DNA of 64,000 nt from Balanoglossus misakiensis. Its lineage: Eukaryota > Animalia > Hemichordata. Made by a program: the position numbers and the translations under genes. Location: positions 208,208 through 272,207 of the forward strand of contig CM082594.2 in assembly GCA_040954595.2 (NCBI GenBank). Reading direction: 5' to 3'. This document shows positions 26,843-40,186 of the stretch, in pieces; within the stretch, counting starts at the first letter, position 1; every line of letters starts with the position of its first letter. Under the pieces are notes generated by a model. That model was not told the origin of the DNA, did not search any database, and saw only the letters and a program-made list of their open reading frames with translations.

Positions 26843-29800
26843 CTTGTGACTTACATGTAACACATGTTTGCCCAGTGTAGCAGGTTGGACAGTTGCAGGT
26901 GTAGATTGAGCAGGAGCCTTGAAGTGGCTGATACACTCCGTTATTCAGACATGGGTTTAGAAGACACTGGTTGATCGCTAAGGGTGAGAGAAATGAAAAG
27001 TATCACATTAGGGTCTTACACACTTGAGTGGGAAGTGAAATCTGTAGCAGACTGTCAGAAGATTGCACATCCGTGTGATCATGTTCATGTGTGAAGGATA
27101 ATAAAGACCACTTTATCCAAGCTTGGTGCTACCATCTCTATCATAATTACAGCATCTTATAATATTTACTAGTTGGGGGTGGGTGGGGTGGGGGTGGGGG
27201 TAGTTGATGTCATAACTTTCTGATGTTTCAATTTACGGTTGGAAAAATAGCAACATCTACGCTGATGAGCATTTGAGTCAATGAAAGTATTCATCATGGC
27301 TACCGTAGTGCATATAAGTCTCTTGGTTAGCTGCACAATCACAGGCAACTTTATTGAGACAATATCAATGACAAAGCCCAGCGATTTCTACTTTGTGCGG
27401 CAAATCTGACACTGGTTTGCTTACGTTCAGCGCACGTGGTTCCGATGAAACAGCGCGGACTCTGGCATCTGAACTCGGTGCAGGACACTTGCTGGCAGAA
27501 TCCACTGTTTAGACAAGGGTTGGGCTGACACGGATTCAAATCTGTGCACAGAAGAGAAAGTGATATAAATTGTGTACAGTTAATATTTACTACATATACT
27601 TTAAACAGATTTGTGCAGTCAGGGTTGAGTGGTAAAAATCTCAGTTGGTCAACAGAACATCACTGTGACAAATTTCTTCCATGTTCAACAAAAGAAACGT
27701 AATGAAATTTTGACACAGGTGTAATAGTGTCTTAGTGTACCATACGGTGCAGGTTGTTGTTTGGTCAAATACACAATCCCCTTTTATGGCACACACATTC
27801 TTAATAAATTTCCCCAAAATTGTGTCGTTATTCACTGTTTGATACAGGTTGGAAGAAACCAACTGCAAGCCGATTATGTGTTATGTTATTATGTTCCTCT
27901 TCATCTGAAATTTAAAATCACTCACATGTCTGACATAAATCGCCGGAGTAACAGCTTGTACAGGAGCATGTGAATTCAGTACACCAATTGGGCGTCAGCA
28001 CACAGTTTCCACCATTCCGACACTGGATGGGTTGACACTGGTTGACAGCTGTGGGATGTGCAGTCAAGATATTGTCAAAATTACAGAATCTACAAACTAC
28101 ACTCCACAGTCATGTACATGTATACATGACAACAACCAAAGGGCTGTTTTGAAAAACCAAATGCTGTGAATCCTTTAGAGAGTGACAAGAAACCACAGTT
28201 GCAACCGAAAACAAAAATAGTGATAACATTAAGCTAGCCCAAAGTTTGAGTTACCAGGGCTTTAATATGTGTACCGTACTTATATTATATAATACATAAC
28301 AAGTGTTTTGCATTGAATAAAATAATATTGGTTTGTACTTACGCATTGTACATGAGGCACCAGTGAAGCATTCGGTACACATACAGTCAAACAGGAAACA
28401 GCCGTCTCACGCAACGCATGTGCCACCATTTTGACAAGGCATAGGGTATAACTGATCAATGGCTGCCAAAACAAAAATGAAAGTATCAATTACCTGCTTG
28501 TCAAAAACTTGTACATGTACTTGTGATGTTCATTTCGTTTAAATATGTGAGCAATGTCTTCATTCCTTGTTTCAAACCTTTACATTTAAAATAACATAAT
28601 GATGCTATTGCTAGGATTTTTCTGTAAGAATCTTGAAAAATTAAAAAAATGTGCCATCAACATGATACAGAAGGCTTTCCTTTTTAACATGCACCTCACA
28701 CTCAATTTTGACCCTACATCAGCAAATTTTGAAAGGATGAAACTTAGTAATGCTTCCACCCCATTTATTGGTGTATGGGTCCATCTATCACATTGAGAAT
28801 ACCAAAAATGAGGGTTTATATACCACGCTGTGTCATAAAACAGTAATTCGACACACCTACAGCACAGATGGCCCCAGTCCAACACTACTGGCAGTAACAG
28901 GTGTAGTCAGTATAAGAATTTGGTGTTTGGGAACAATAGCCTCCATTTTGACACGGATTCTGATCACAAGGGTTAATGACAATCAGAAAAAAAATAGTTT
29001 AAAAAACATGAAATGCAGATGGCTACACCTCAACCAAAGATGATTCCTGCACCACAACAAAATCCTTTGACACAAGCATTATACTGGAACCATACCCAGA
29101 ACACGCATTAAGTATATGATGAAGGGACAATGTCTCTATTTTGGGTAATACAGTAAAACCTGTCTTTATGGACACCTCTCTAATCAGAACACCTAGTAAG
29201 ATTGATTTTTCAAGCCAAATAGTAAGGATAATTAAGGACGTCTCTTTTACTTAATACTCAGAGGTGTGCACCACCTTAGGAGAGATTACCTCACATGCAC
29301 AATTATCTCTACAGACACTAGTCTTCAAGAGGCAACTCTTGTATATTTGAGTGATGAAAACATCCAGCTTCGTACACTTCCTTACAAGTTCGTGCCTATC
29401 CTAAATTGCACGGACATACAAATGAAATTTCTGTTTCCTTTTCCTTTCTTTTCTCTTGGGGAAATTTTAGAAATGAGAAGTTACCACACAATTCAATTGC
29501 CATGAAGAGAAAGTGCCCAAAAGATTGTCATGTACGGTACGTCAGAAACTTACATATTTCACAACGGTTACCCTCATAGCAACCAGTACAGGCACAGGTA
29601 TATGCCGTGCAGGAGTTGGCCACTGCATTACATACAGCCCCGTTGAGACAGCTGTTTCGCTGGCCTGGATCTTGGACTGCAATAAAAAGTGCAACCTAAT
29701 GTTATCTCAGCAATATTTACTTTCAAAATCTGTTTGATGAAAACATCATCATTACCATTACTGTAAATACTGAACGGAACTTCACTTCCAAAAACAACTT

Positions 29801-30668
29801 GCTCATTCTGGGACGCACTTATGGGGCTATGAAAATCTCTGTATATGTATCTTGTGTAGGGAAAATTTTAATGAACGATCAACAGTTTTTTCTTCAAATA
29901 AACATGTTTTCTTTCAGCTGTACATCATTTTTGAGGTGACCGATTCCCAAGGACCAAGGTGTGATGCTGAAGATGAAAATATAAAGTATGACCAACAGAC
30001 AATGTATTGAGACATGATTGTAAATGTTAGTTCCTGCATGACATATGTTTGTTTTAATGAGTTTTACACTGGCTGCAGTGTGTGCCGGTGAAACATCCTG
30101 GACAAGTACACTCATAAGTTGTACAAGACAGCTGAGTACACCGCCCATTGTTCAGGCATGGACTTGGCCTACATGGAGTTTGTTCTGTTTCAATGGCATG
30201 ATTAAAAAATAGTAGTGACATAAGTTTTTTAGGGTATGACCATTTCCCTAATTCCTACAGCTGTGGTTCTATCGGGTTCTCCTATAACTGAGCCTCCTAA
30301 ATGTATAACTGAACAATAAGAAGTCAAGGGTGCCCTGACACCCAACTTTTAAGAGCAGTTCATTTACTGAAACTGCCAGCACCCAATATTATCCCACATG
30401 TAATCCATATGTGGAAATCAAACACACCTGTAACAGTTTTAATTTACCATGTGGGTATTTGCATGGAGGGCCATGGTATTTGTTATCTACTGATAAAATA
30501 CCCTTCAAAACAATATCCTCATTTCTTCAGAAGTTTGGCAACAAGACCAATAAAATTTGAAGTTTCACATCAAAATATACAATGCATAAATATGCTTAAA
30601 GATCTACGGAATGAAGATGGCTTGTTTGTTTGCAGGGTGTCTTGAAAGTATATACTCACTTGTTTGAC

Positions 30669-32320
30669 CATGGACCCTAGAGAAAGAAGGACGCGCAACT
30701 CCGGTTTTTTCTTGAAATGATGTTCTTTTGCATACATTATTTCCAGGTAAATCCCAATAATCCAATTTGCAAATAAACTGTGTATAAACTAACGCAAAGT
30801 CTCGCGTTTTGCGTGAAGTTATCACAAACACCTTAGAACATCTCGCAGAAGACGAGAAAACTGCAACGTGGTTGAACGCAGCAATCATTTATGGAACACA
30901 TCTGCACAAGTTAAACAGGAATTTGGCACCTCTGAGTCTGACAGCGTCCAAAACAAGCATCTTTTGTCTAACAGTCCGGGTATTTCACAAGGCTGTGAGC
31001 TAACCGTACCGAGGGTTGCCTGGCGGTCATAGCGCACACATGAAAATCCACCCAGTTTGTTTACAAATTGTTTTCGTGAAATCTGTTTTATTGTTCACGA
31101 ACTGCGAAATAAAATGCCCCTAAACCACAATTTTTGTTTCAATGCTTCACGCAAACATAAAATTATTACGAAAAGTGTCAGCGTTACCAAGAAATATGAG
31201 TGCCCAGTCGGACATGCAAGAAGGACGCGCAACTCCAGTTTTTTCTTGAAATGATGTTCTTTTGCATACATTATTTCCAGGTAAATCCCAATAATCCAAT
31301 TTGCAAATAAACTGTGTATAAACTAACGCAAAGTCTCGCGTTTTGCGTGAAGTTATCACAAACATCTTAGAATATCTCGCAGAAGACGACAAAACTGCAA
31401 CGTGGTTGAACGCAGCAATCATTTATGGAACACATCTGCACAAGTTAAACAGGAATTTGGCACCTCTGAGTCTGACAGCGTCCAAAACAAGCATCTTTTG
31501 TCTAACAGTCCGGGTATTTCACAAGGCTGTGAGCTAACCGTACCGAGGGTTGCCTGGCGGCAATAGCGCACACATGAAAATCCAGCCAGTTTGTTTATAA
31601 ATTGTTTTCGTGAAATCTGTTTTATTGTTCACGCACTGCGAAATAAAATGCCCCTAAACCACAATTTTTGTTTCAATGCTTCACGCAAACATAAAATTAT
31701 TACGAAAAGTGTCAGCGTTACCAAGAAATATGAGTGCCCAGTCGGACATGCAAGAAGGACGCGCAACTCCAGTTTTTTCTTGAAATGATGTTCTTTTGCA
31801 TACATTATTTCCAGGTAAATCCCAATAATCCAATTTGCAAATAAACTGTGTATAAACTAACGCAAAGTCTCGCGTTTTGCGTGAAGTTATCACAAACACC
31901 TTAGAACATCTCGCAGAAGACGAGAAAACTGCAACGTGGTTGAACGCAGCAATCATTTATGGAACACATCTGCACAAGTTAAACAGGAATTTGGCATGGA
32001 TGATTTGTTTACAATTTTTAAATGAAGCTTGTGGCACTAGAAATGACCGTTCATCCGACAGACGACCATAATAATTAGCACAGACATCGTAATACTTTTA
32101 GAATTTTAGAAAAAAACGCAGTGGCTGCTGAAATGCAGGAGTGTCAGTTTGGTGGCAAGTTTTCGCATCACTGGTGGGGTCGACACGTGCCGAAGTAAGG
32201 AAGTCATTGTCCAACTGTCCTGGGTGTTAATTATATGCAAAAGAACATCATCATACAGATAATCCCCAAACCCTTTGATCTTTGCCGCAGTTGCTCGTCC
32301 TTCTTTCTCTAGGGTCTATG
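30669..32320. mobile_element. Non-autonomous P-superfamily element with 32-bp TIRs and 7-bp TSD GTTTGAC, inserted in an EGF exon
   Basis: catggaccctagagaaagaaggacgcgcaact (from 30669) vs agttgctcgtccttctttctctagggtctatg (to 32320), 2 mismatches. TSD at 30662-30668 and 32321-32327. Removal restores a 117-bp exon ending in gtgagt. Confidence 0.9.
30684..31995 (+). repeat. Tandem repeat, 534-bp unit, ~2.5 copies, inside the non-autonomous P element
   Basis: aagaaggacgcgcaactcc recurs at 30684, 31218 and 31752. The units are nearly identical. Confidence 0.93.
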
Positions 32321-32816
32321 GTTTGACAGATGTCACCTGTGTAAGAGTTCACACACTGGCATGAATAGAAATTGCACGATGTTTGCTGGCAAAATCCACC
32401 ATTCATACATGGGTTGGGATCACAGGGGTTTTGCACTGGAAATTAAGAAAGGACGCCATTTTATTCCTTGCTACTCATTCTACAGTACAGATATGGCAAA
32501 AACCTTGCAGAATTATGGCAAGGGTGTGTGGAGTGATTGTGCCTACAACCATAGACAGTGGAGAAAAGACGGACGTGCTACTAGTGCATTTCTTTTGTAG
32601 TAACGTCTGTTGTAATCCCTTTTAATCCACCAAACAATAGACAAACTCATCATCACCTCTTTATCGCCGTCTGGCGATAAAACCTCGCATAATATCGCAA
32701 AACGCGAGAGTTACCACGAGAAAAAGCGTAATATTTCGTGCTACGCGAGACGTTATTTGGCGAGATTCGGGTCACAGGTCATAAGTTGTTTACAAGCGGC
32801 TCGCAGCACATACACA

Positions 32817-35150
32817 ATGGCTTCCGTCCAAACCGATAGCGAATTTGTTGCCGTTTTTACTGATTCCGAATACAGCGATTTCGATTATTCAGGGAGCGAG
32901 ACTAGCGACGACGATGATACATCGCCACTTACCGACGACGAGTTACAAGAAGGCATGCAGCAAGCTCCTAAACGTCGAGACTTGAGCTATCTTGATCGAT
33001 ACATCGTTTGCGTCGGTGGTGATACAAAAACTATCAAATGTGACGTTTGTGACAAAACTTTCAACAGAAAGCAGAGTTGCAAGCAGCATTTGATAAATGG
33101 CCATGGGCTAGTCGGTAAGTTTTACTGCTATTTTGTTGATCGAAATGTGGAGCAAGGCGTTGGTCACAAGCTGAAACTACACCGCCTGGTACCTGTACAT
33201 TTTTACTGTCTATGATTTTTAAAGACATCCCATAATCATAATGATCGTCGCCAAGCATGGATATGAATGAAGAATGTTTTTCAAGGCCAAAAATGTCATG
33301 CGAAAAAAATGAGCAACATATGGGCTGCACAGATAAACAGATTGTTATGAATATGGGCAAAGCAGACTAATGGGTCCCCTTCAAGTTAATGGTAGCAATT
33401 TCCCTTGGTAGTTTACATTGTCTAAGCTGATCAGGATCAGACATACAACTGTGCCACAAGTTTTCTAACAACTAACTAAAATGAAAAACTGGAAATACAA
33501 GTAAAGAAAGATATGCTATATTATGTTAAAATGAAATAAAAGTGTTATGAGTAAAACACTTCAGACATATTTCAAAATACCATAGACACTAGGCAGCCAT
33601 TGATTATTACTGTTGATGCCAGAAACATTTCTCTGTATTTTCCCTCCATTATCAACATTTTATTATTATTCTATCCCTGTCGTGCTCACAACTCATTATT
33701 GATCATTTTTCCTTTCCAGGACCAGACATGGTGAAAAGAACAGACTGTGATCCAAAGAAAAACGTTTTGAAAGGAGCTGGGGTTTCCAAGAAGATTAACA
33801 ACAAAGGTAAGCTAAGAACACATATTTAGTAACTGTGATTATTTATCTTTCAAAATATGATTTCATTTCTAATGTGAGACAAAGACAGTAGAGAAACAGT
33901 ACTCCCATACTTAAAAGGGACACTCACAGTTTCATAGCTGTCTATGCTGCCACTTTGGGGGAAATTTCACTGTTTTGCTTTCCATCATAAATATTGGCAA
34001 AACAGTGGTGGCAATTTACAGTTACTGTGGCGTTATTCTGAATATGTAAGATAAAACTTTCTTTTCATTTTTGTTGTCGGGCACCAGTGTCACTGACCAA
34101 TCAACTATAACAATATTTTTCCCCACAGAGAACAGACCCACCAGGAAACTACAAATGACAATGGATGATGCAACGCAGGAAGCCCAACGGATCCTTCTAG
34201 CCTCAATCAAACCACTCACCGTTGACAGCATTTTCAACAGTCCTAGATTACCTGGTGTTTCCAAAGTTAAAGTTGTTGCAAAGAAACTGTGTGATACATT
34301 GTCAAGTGATCCAGTAAGTGTAAAAAGTGAACTGGATGCAGTGATACAAGTGCTGTGGCCTGCTGTTACTGGAGGAGACAGACAGTTCCTTCCTTCGCGG
34401 CGCCGAGAAGAGATGTTTCGCATATTCCACTCTTTGCGCCTGGATCCAGAATTACGGAAATGTCTACACAAGCTTTGTTCAAAAGTTGGGTTGACAGTAT
34501 CAGGACCTGTTCTCATGATTTTAGCCAGGCACATTTTTGAAGGTTTAGTTTTAGAAAGGGAAAAGGTCACCACAATTGATGAGAGCTTCAGCGGGGATAT
34601 GAGTCGTGTTGAAGAAAACATTCTGAGGTATGCCTGTGGTTACATCCCTATGGCTCTCATATCTCAACTTCAGAAACGTGGATCAGGGTTTAGAAGCATG
34701 GTAAAGTGTTTGGAGGGTATGAGTACAATTCAGCCTGTATCAACATTTTTGTCTTACACAACAGAATGGGTCAACAAAGAGAACCGGGGCGGTCTGTACA
34801 CTGTGAATGACACAACTTATATGTTTTTTAGGAGGGTAGAGTATTTTGTAAGGAAACACAACAAGGCCCTTTTTACCAGTGGTGATTTAAACATTCACGA
34901 TTTAGTAAGCAAGGATGTTACAGGTGATGCAGCTGCAGTGCAGCACTGGTCACAATTATCTGTAGGCCTTGATGAGGGTCAGTCATTGAAGCTGATGTTA
35001 ATGTGTAGTAAAATGTGGATCAATATCAGAGGCCATTCTGCAGCTAGGAAATTAGTTGAGGGCCTTAAATATACTGAGGGAATGAAGAATCGTAGTCAGA
35101 AAGCACTTCGAAAAGAACTTAAACAGCTTAATACAGATGACAACAAGTAA
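32817..35150 (+). CDS. Second gene of the P element: predicted 468-aa protein with an acidic N-terminus, one C2H2 zinc finger and a P-transposase C-terminal-like domain
   Basis: Exons 32817-33114, 33720-33806 and 34129-35150, with phase-1 GT-AG introns, give an open 1407-nt frame. Motifs CDVCDKTFNRKQSCKQHLINGH and EENILRYACGYI...WVNKENRGGL. aataaa at 35267 and 35274. Confidence 0.85.
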
Positions 35151-35580
35151 AGTTTGTCAAATCCGACCATTATTTATTGCACCATATATTGTAAACTGTC
35201 AGGTTGAAAATTTTCTTTGAACATGTACACGTTTAAGATTGAAAAATGTACTAGCATGTGTTGAGTAATAAAGAATAAATTGCAGTACAGTGTATTTCGT
35301 AAGAGTGTGCTTTTAACAGTGAATGTGATCCTCTAACAGTACACAGAGCATAATCCTCCAATGATGAATGATTCAGATTTTTTTACTCCACCAACAGAAA
35401 CTGTTCTGAGAGGTATGCATACACACCTAAAATATTTTACAGAAAAAATAAAACAGTGTTGTTCTCCAACTAAACTTTGAAAGCAATGACTCATTGAATG
35501 GATGATGGCATCACCGGCGGCAACAACAACATCAGTTTTCAGCAACAATGGATTCGAGTGAAAAAAAAAAACAACAAAAA

Positions 35581-35836
35581 CTGTTCGCTCCTATTTCTGT
35601 TCTGTGTATCTTAAATGTTTGGTACCCAGGACAGAAACTTACAGCTAATGTCAGAGGGTAAAAAAGGACTGTTTGTTCACTAATGAATTCCAGTGAAAGT
35701 AAAGAAAATTCATTGCCCACTGAAATTCCCCCCCCCCCAAAAAAAAACATCAACAACGACTGTTCGCTCACTATTTCTGTTCTGTGTATCTTAAATGTTT
35801 GGTACCCAGAACAGAAACTTACAGCTAATGTCAGAG
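35581..35836. repeat. ~77-bp direct repeat between the convergent 3' ends of the two element genes
   Basis: ctgttcgctc(a)ctatttctgttctgtgtatcttaaatg...gtcagag at 35581-35656 and 35760-35836. Confidence 0.9.
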
Positions 35837-35928
35837 TGTGACATAAATCTCACTGTCATCTGCTATTACTCATTCATCTCAACATAACAATTTCTGTGAC
35901 ATATCCACTGAGATAAATTCAAACAGTC

Positions 35929-38900
35929 CTACGGATGTGAATGTCTGGTATGGGAACGTCTTGGCAGTGCTGTGTTATCCAGCGGCGCATCAGCCATTGT
36001 TGTAACATTGGCTCCTCTCACAGACAAAACGTGTGAAGACTTCAGCCGAAGAGCATTGGCATTTTGGCAGAACTGTTGCACTGAGGGTGCCTCATTCCCA
36101 CCCTTCATTTGGCGTTGATTCCCGAAATAGGACTCCAAAGGATCCTGGTTGAGTTTCTCTGAGAGAACACACTCCACACCCGGTTGGTTGAGTAGGTACC
36201 TTGCCAAGTCAACAAATGACTTCACTGTAGAATGGAATAAAAAGAATGCAGTATAGGATGGTTAGTAAGGGAAGGATTTCAGTGGTCGTAATAAATAGTG
36301 TACAACAACATCACAATACCATGTACAGGATTTGTTAAATTGGCAGGTTACACTAGCACTCAGTAACTCTTCATTAATTTTTGCTTGCATTTTAGTACGG
36401 TTTGATAATTAAAAAATATTTTGCACTCACAGCATTTTTTACCAGCCAAGCAGCCTGTAAAGCCACCGTTTCAAATTGGTCTTTTTGGACAGAGAGATTA
36501 TAGCCAACCAAAGTGAAAACTTACTAGAGACAAATTCTCATTATAGGGGTTGCCACTAACACACACTTGGTTGTATTAACAGTGCCTCCTCAGTTACAAT
36601 GAGAATTAACATTCCACAGGGAGTGATTAAAAAATTAGAGAATGAAGTAAATTATAAAGACAAAATATTGATATATTTTATTACAGACAGTGGCACAAGA
36701 TTTCCACTGTCTATGATTTTATGTTATTTACCTGACATGCGGATACCTTCCAAGGTTTGTTGACTTAGCTTCATGCGGCCTTTGTCCCGTTTTGACAGAT
36801 GAACTCTGGCATCAACTCTAGCATCCCAGTCGCTAAGATATGTCAGGAACTCACCCTCAAGCCACTAGATGGGTTGAAATGTGAAGAAATCACAATATTT
36901 TATTTCATTAACATGTACATTGCAGCTCATAACTTGATCCTATTATACCTATCAATTTCTGAATATGTCTTATCAAAGTTCAAAGTTATATGCATACATA
37001 TATAAGGCAGCGGAAAGCTCTCCCTTCACAATTCATTTTTACTACCGAATGAACAGAACTAAAATTCTTTGTGAAATATGCTACACTGTTCACAGCATCT
37101 CTTGTCCTTAATTGGCAGAGAGGCTTGTGTCTTAAATGAAAAATGTACTGATATAATGAATAATGCCGGAATGCATGTATGTTATAGACAACAGGAAATA
37201 TGAGATGGTATTTTTTTACATCATGACAATAGGTTATTGAACATAAATTAAAGACATATACAGATACATATACTTACAGTCAGTCTTTCATCGTCTGGTG
37301 ATCTGTAGGGCAACAGATTCGGTTTCCTCTTTTGTATGCCTTCTTTGGTACTTCGAACATTCATACAATCAAAGAACTTGTCAAAATGTCGTATAAATTC
37401 AATGGTGGCTCTGTGACCATTGCCATAGAATGTCTCTATGGCATTTGCCACTTGTGTACTAAGCACCTGTGAGCAAGTAGATATAAAAATATATCACTTT
37501 TCTGTTTCACAATTGCCATCTTGTATTAATTTTATAATAGCAGGATGATCAGACAATTCACTTGCATCACACAACATATCTTATTATCATGATATATGAC
37601 CTAACATTATCTCTTCTATGTGGTGTCAAACACAGATCTCAAGACCTTGCTAATAAACTGTATTGTGGGAAAATATTTAACAAATGGAAATAAATTACTT
37701 ACTTGAACAGCATACTTCACTTTCATCCTGGAGAAAGATGTTAGATGCACATGTTCATATCTCAGCTTGTTGCAGAGAAACAATCCTCCTCTTTCCAGAT
37801 CTGCTTTGTACATATCAATGACAGTTTGCCAGTTGATCGGTTCACCATTCTAAGTGAGAAAAAAAAGGAAAATGCAATCATTAATTAACATAAAAAATGA
37901 CCCATTGTTTTTATTAAAACTTTATAAGATCTTGATATATTTTTGCATAAATTATTTACATATAAGCATAATGGCAATAATAAGATAATAAGAAAAAAGC
38001 TAAATATTTGTTTCTATACACACTGTAAAAAGTACAGAATTATAATAGGCTTTTACCCATAACATTCTTTTCTTTGAATGGCATCCCGAATTTGACCAAC
38101 AATTCCTAGTGGTTTTCATTAGGTGTGGTACGTCTGAAAAGAAATATATCCGCCGGTCCTCTTCTGTACAGTAGTTTTCGGTCCAGTAGACAACGTCTGC
38201 AGCAGCCCTTGGTCCCATTGCATGCAGCTTATAAAATCGCCTGTTAGCTGACGCACCATCAGAAGTAGAAGCCATTACTCTGAACCCTATTAGTTCTAGA
38301 AATTCAATTGCTCTCCATATCAAGGGGAAAAGATAGTCTGCCGTTATGGTGTTTGTGGGAAAATGGGCTAGTGGATACTGGAGCCTGAGTGTTATGCCTC
38401 TAACCATGAAAGTAAGGATGTAGCGGGCAACTTCAGGAGTTGGTTTCTGACCATCAGTCTTCAGGGTCTTCTCATACAACATGAGCGAATTGCTGAAGTC
38501 CCCAATGTTGACGAAGCCAATGAGTTGGCCACTACTCTTGACATAAACCAGATCGGAGGAGATGCGCAACTCATCATGAAGAAGGACAACATACTTCTGG
38601 TGTTCTTCCAGCTGGCTGAAATTACTTTCTCGCAGTAGCTGATCAAAGGCTGCTTCTGTGAAACCAGTGGTTGCCTTAGTCCAGTGCGTGTAATCAATAA
38701 GTGTTCTTTCATGGGGTAATTCAAGAACACCAGAGTCCCGTAATGTGTTGTATGCTGCACTCGATCGTAAACGCAGATTCAAACACCATTTTATAAACAT
38801 TGGGTGCCAGCGATGGCCTCGTTTATCAGCACATCGAAGGGCTTCTTTTTGCTGTTCCCAAAACAACCTGCGAAATGTCCCTTCTGTATTTTCTTCCTGT

Positions 38901-40186
38901 ATGACGCTATCATATTCACTTATGATCTGCTTCATACTTGATGAGGTCTCACTATCCAAACACTCCCCTTCTTGATTGATGCTCTCCTGCAGCTTTACTC
39001 TCAGCCTGGCTTCACTGGCTTCTACTCGGCGTTTTGCTTTTATTATATTGTGTGTTCTCTGGTAAAGTTCATCAGCTGTTAAAGCTGATAGCGGGACAGA
39101 GCTACTGGCATGTACTCTATGGGCTGCTGGATCGTCTTCATGGCTACCTGCATTTCTCCTCTTCTGTCTGCTAAGCACAGCAAACATTGTTTTCCTTAGC
39201 TGCTCGCACGGGCTGCATCGAACTTTGCTGGTGGTCAATTCACAGTTGGCCGCTCGCAGGGTTGTGTTATACCATTTGCCTCCTTCGCCTTCAAGCAGTA
39301 CCTGCTGACGAACCATTTGCCCAGTAAGTCCTCTACCATTCTGGATCTCTGGAACTGACCAGAACTTTTCATCAGGATTTCCCGAACAGATGCGCCTTTC
39401 ATGAATTTCTTGGACTACTGACAGGACAACAGAAGGACTTTGGAGCAGAGTAGGATATTGGGGAAAAACTGTCTTGACATCCATGACTTGGCCGAAGACT
39501 CGTACTTGCCATGAGCCATCTTGCTGGACTGTAAGTGACTTCATGATCACCGACTCCTGACCAACTTGGGACTGGACAAACAGGAAGTTCAGTTGAGAGT
39601 TGTCTGACTGGTCTACCCATCCTTTTGGTAGGCAACAGGTCTTCAGGACAGCTCGGATCGCTTCAAAATTCATTGGCATGTAAGAGCCAACATTTAGTCC
39701 CGGAAAACTGGATGATCTAGCAGGATGGACTTGCGATTGCTTGTCAACATGTTCTTGGTGTCTATATCTTCCGAACGCCGACAGTGGAGGGGGGTTTGCT
39801 TGCAGGACAACCATGGGTGGCACATCGTTGCTTTCTTGAAAATCTGGCTTGTGAATGTCCTGGCTTTGGGATATGTCTGACATACCATGTTCAGCAGTTG
39901 TTACGGTTGTAGTGTTTTCTTGCTGTGACAAACCATTCAGTGCTTCCACAGTGTTAAGCCATAGTAGCTGTTCATCGACACTGGGGATCACATTGGAGCA
40001 GGACAGTTCATCTACACAGTCATTAAGGTTTTCAACACGTGCAGGTTCACACTCATGACAATCTGGTGAATCAACCAAAGCCTGATTCTCATTATCCAGC
40101 AGCTTCTTCTTTTTCTCTTTCGATCGTCTAGTTTTATTCTTTTTATAATTCTTCCTGTGCTGACTGATACCATACTTGTAGGGCAT
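35929..40186 (-). CDS. P-element/THAP9-family DDE transposase, predicted 964 aa, five coding exons
   Basis: Exons 40186-38057, 37849-37703, 37466-37278, 36864-36732 and 36224-35929 splice GT-AG into an open 2895-nt frame. Motifs LPHERTL, LLHDEL, TSDGASAN, FSDVPHLMKTTRN, RMKVKYAVQVLS, FDCMN, LNQDPLESYFG. Confidence 0.95.

Noticed and set aside
34022-34621. 199-aa antisense ORF within the P element as a third gene
   Set aside because: Shadow of the plus-strand coding exon, with no recognisable motifs and no splice support.
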